Origin: Saccharolobus islandicus REY15A | GTDB taxonomy: Archaea; Thermoproteota; Thermoprotei_A; Sulfolobales; Sulfolobaceae | Direction: 5' to 3' (one strand) | DNA: 64,000 nucleotides | NCBI RefSeq assembly: GCF_000189555.1 | Contig: NC_017276.1 | Shown: positions 61,583-64,000 of the stretch, one piece after another | Position numbering within the stretch: position 1 is the stretch's first letter | Layout: each line of letters opens with the position of its first letter | The notes under the pieces: generated by a model | The model's input: the letters and a program-made list of their open reading frames with translations, nothing else | Databases searched by the model: none | What the model was told of the DNA's origin: nothing | Translations under genes and position numbers: made by a program

Positions 61583-61765
61583 CCTTCTTTATACATGTAG
61601 TTCTCATAAGGTGATAACCTAAATATTATATTTTTACGTTGACCTTTCTTTAATTCATAATGAGTAATGTATTAGTTTTTGAGGTAAGTATACGCTAAAT
61701 TATAGGCTAAAATAAAACCTAATGATAGAAAGAGTTATAATCAGTCTAGTAGGTCTTAACTATAT

Positions 61766-62968
61766 ATGGTTTTACCTTTCAATAGTGTGGAAGCATTTTC
61801 TGTAAACGTTTCTGAGAAACATGAACTATTTAGGAGAGCAGTAAGGGAATTCATGGAGAGAGACGTTGCACCTTATGTTGAAAAGGGTGAAAAAGAAGGT
61901 ACAGTACCAAAGGAGGTGCTAGAAAAAGCTAAGGAAATAGGTCTATATGGCGTTGCAGTACCAGAACAATACGGTGGACAAGGTGGAGATACGCTAATGA
62001 CTGCAATAGCCCAAGAGGAAATATCTAGAGTTTGGGCCTCGTTATCTACGAGAGTATCTGTTGGAGGCCTATTCATGACTCCAATATTGCTTTTCGGTAA
62101 TGAAGAACAGAAGAAAAAGTACGTTACTCCAGTGGCTAGAGGAGATAAAGTCGCAGCTTTTGCTAATACTGAACCAGCCGCTGGATCTGACGTTGCTGGA
62201 ATACAAACAATTGCTAAAAAGATAAATGGTAAGTACGTTATTAATGGTAGAAAAATCTTTATCACCAATGGTGGGATAGCTGACTATTACGTAGTTACAG
62301 CTAGGACATCACCCCCAGAGCCCAATGCCAGATGGAAAGGGATATCGATGTTCATAGTAGAAAGGGAATGGAAAGGAGTTAAGGTATTAAATAGAATTGA
62401 GACTATGGGACTAAGGGCTTCAAACACTGCAGAGTTAGCCTTTGAGGATGTTGAAGTCCCCGCAGAAAATCTACTAGGAGAAGAGGGAAACGGGTTTAAG
62501 TACGCAATGGCGACTTTTGATAGGACAAGGGTTGGTGTTGCCGCTCAAGGAGTTGGTGTTGCACAAGCCGCGCTAGAGAGAATGGTTACATATTCTACTC
62601 AGAGGTTTGCTTTCCAGAGTCCATTGATAGGATTTCAGATGGTTCAAGAGAAGATAGCTGAATCGCTAACTGAAGTAAATACTGCAAGACTACTTACGTA
62701 CTGGGCAGCTAGTTTATTTGATCGTGGTCTTGAGAATGAGGCTATAGTAGCAGCATCAATGGCGAAATTGTACGCAACAGATATTGCAGAGAAGGTTGCA
62801 ATTAGGGCAATAACTGTTCATGGTGGATATGGTGTAGCTACTTCTACTGGTGTAGAGAGATTGTTGAGAGATGTTGAGGTAATGAGAATATATGAAGGTG
62901 CTAACGATATTCAAAAACTAGTTATATTAAGGGAAACTGCGAGAAGACTCCTCGGAATTAAGATGTAA
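61766..62968 (+). CDS. Acyl-CoA dehydrogenase
   Basis: TEPAAGSD, NGRKIFITNG, TMGLRAS, HGGYG, IYEGANDIQ. Confidence 0.93.
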   Translation: MVLPFNSVEAFSVNVSEKHELFRRAVREFMERDVAPYVEKGEKEGTVPKEVLEKAKEIGLYGVAVPEQYGGQGGDTLMTAIAQEEISRVWASLSTRVSVGGLFMTPILLFGNEEQKKKYVTPVARGDKVAAFANTEPAAGSDVAGIQTIAKKINGKYVINGRKIFITNGGIADYYVVTARTSPPEPNARWKGISMFIVEREWKGVKVLNRIETMGLRASNTAELAFEDVEVPAENLLGEEGNGFKYAMATFDRTRVGVAAQGVGVAQAALERMVTYSTQRFAFQSPLIGFQMVQEKIAESLTEVNTARLLTYWAASLFDRGLENEAIVAASMAKLYATDIAEKVAIRAITVHGGYGVATSTGVERLLRDVEVMRIYEGANDIQKLVILRETARRLLGIKM

Positions 62969-63002
62969 AATTTTTTATAGTTGTTTTTCTAAGTATTATA
63001 AC

Positions 63003-64000
63003 ATGAATAGCGAATATTACGAGTACCAATTAACAATAGATAAGATATTAGATTCTGGTTCTAGAAGTTTTTCAGATAGAGAAATAGTATACAGAGATAT
63101 TAGACGATATACCTTTAGATCTTTCGCAAATTCTGTAAAAAGGTTAGCAAATGGATTAAGAAAGATAGGAGTTAAGAAAGGGGAAAAGATAGGAGTTATA
63201 GATTGGGATACTGATGTCTATATGCATAATTATTATGCAATACCAATGTTAGGCGCAGTGCTACACACGGTAAATATCAGATATCCCTTGGAGTTAATAG
63301 CAAAGACAATATTACACGCAGAGGATAGGTATTTAGTAGTAAGAGACGAGTTCATGCCACTTATTGAAAAAGCAAAGGGAATAATGCCTGTGGGAATGAA
63401 AGTGATATCCTATAGTGATTCTAAGGAAAAGGTGAGAAGCCCATTAGATACAATAGATTTTTGGGAATTGATTGAGTCAAATGAGCCATCGGAAGAGGAG
63501 ATTAACGTTAATGAAAGCGATATGGCAACGATCTTTTACACTTCTGGTACTACTGGAGAACCAAAGGGCGTATGGTTTAATCATAGGAAAATAGTATTAC
63601 ATGCAATGAGCGTAAGCCTAGTTGGTGCTAGACCCCCATTAAGCTTGACATCAAACGACGTATATATGATCCTAGTACCAATGTTCCACGTGCACGCTTG
63701 GGGATATCCATATGTAGCACTGATGGCAGGAGTTAAATACGTTTTACCCGGTAAATACGATTACAGTTTTATACTAAGGTTAATGGATAAGGAGAACGTA
63801 ACATATTCAGCCATGGTACCAACTATACTGTATCTATTGCTAACAAACCCAGATGCTCCTAAATACCTTCACGTATTCAAAAGATGGAAAGTTACAATAG
63901 GAGGTTCCGCTCTACCAGAAGGATTAGCCAAAAAGGCGAAAGAATTAGGTATTACTGTAATAGGAGGATATGGGTTATCTGAAACTTGCCCAGTATTGTC
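63003..64000 (+). CDS. Long-chain-fatty-acid--CoA ligase, partial (runs off the window end; not in the ORF track)
   Basis: MNSEYYEYQLTIDKILD..., LHTVNIR, YTSGTTGEPKG, PMFHVHAWG, GYGLSET. Confidence 0.92.
   Translation, partial: MNSEYYEYQLTIDKILDSGSRSFSDREIVYRDIRRYTFRSFANSVKRLANGLRKIGVKKGEKIGVIDWDTDVYMHNYYAIPMLGAVLHTVNIRYPLELIAKTILHAEDRYLVVRDEFMPLIEKAKGIMPVGMKVISYSDSKEKVRSPLDTIDFWELIESNEPSEEEINVNESDMATIFYTSGTTGEPKGVWFNHRKIVLHAMSVSLVGARPPLSLTSNDVYMILVPMFHVHAWGYPYVALMAGVKYVLPGKYDYSFILRLMDKENVTYSAMVPTILYLLLTNPDAPKYLHVFKRWKVTIGGSALPEGLAKKAKELGITVIGGYGLSETCPVL

Overview
The gene content, A+T-rich composition and ISC-type elements point to a Sulfolobales chromosome, probably Saccharolobus/Sulfolobus islandicus or a close relative (inference). 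Housekeeping and metabolic blocks: mtnA; the SoxM respiratory supercomplex cluster (soxM, soxE, soxF, soxG, soxH, soxI plus a DUF1404-like gene); a peptide/sugar ABC transporter; a molybdopterin oxidoreductase large subunit; a hydantoinase/oxoprolinase pair; an ~11 kb sulfate-assimilation/sulfur-trafficking cluster (sat, cysH, sulfite reductase, cobA, rhodanese, TusA-like, SQR-like, TauE, TDT); and fatty-acid catabolism genes at the right end. Between these is a mobile-element-rich accessory zone (about 25.9-37.5 kb). The main candidate for an undescribed system is at 30606-33329: a 40-aa ORF missed by the ORF track (MQNVPIGLVFPKWVELGKLNEGEFRRKIAVCINGNCGCGT), followed by a compact radical SAM enzyme with a Twitch-like tail, an orphan protein and an MFS exporter. 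This is the layout of an archaeal radical-SAM RiPP (ranthi-/sactipeptide-like) locus. Also seen: an IS605-derived non-autonomous element with a nested intact ISH3 element splitting a DUF929 gene, two more IS605-derived mini-elements, an IS630-type MITE, an ISH3-type MITE, an IS110 remnant with a structured leader, and a repeated palindrome in the sulfur-cluster promoters. No CRISPR array, tRNA or rRNA was recognised. All calls come from manual reading; no database search was run.
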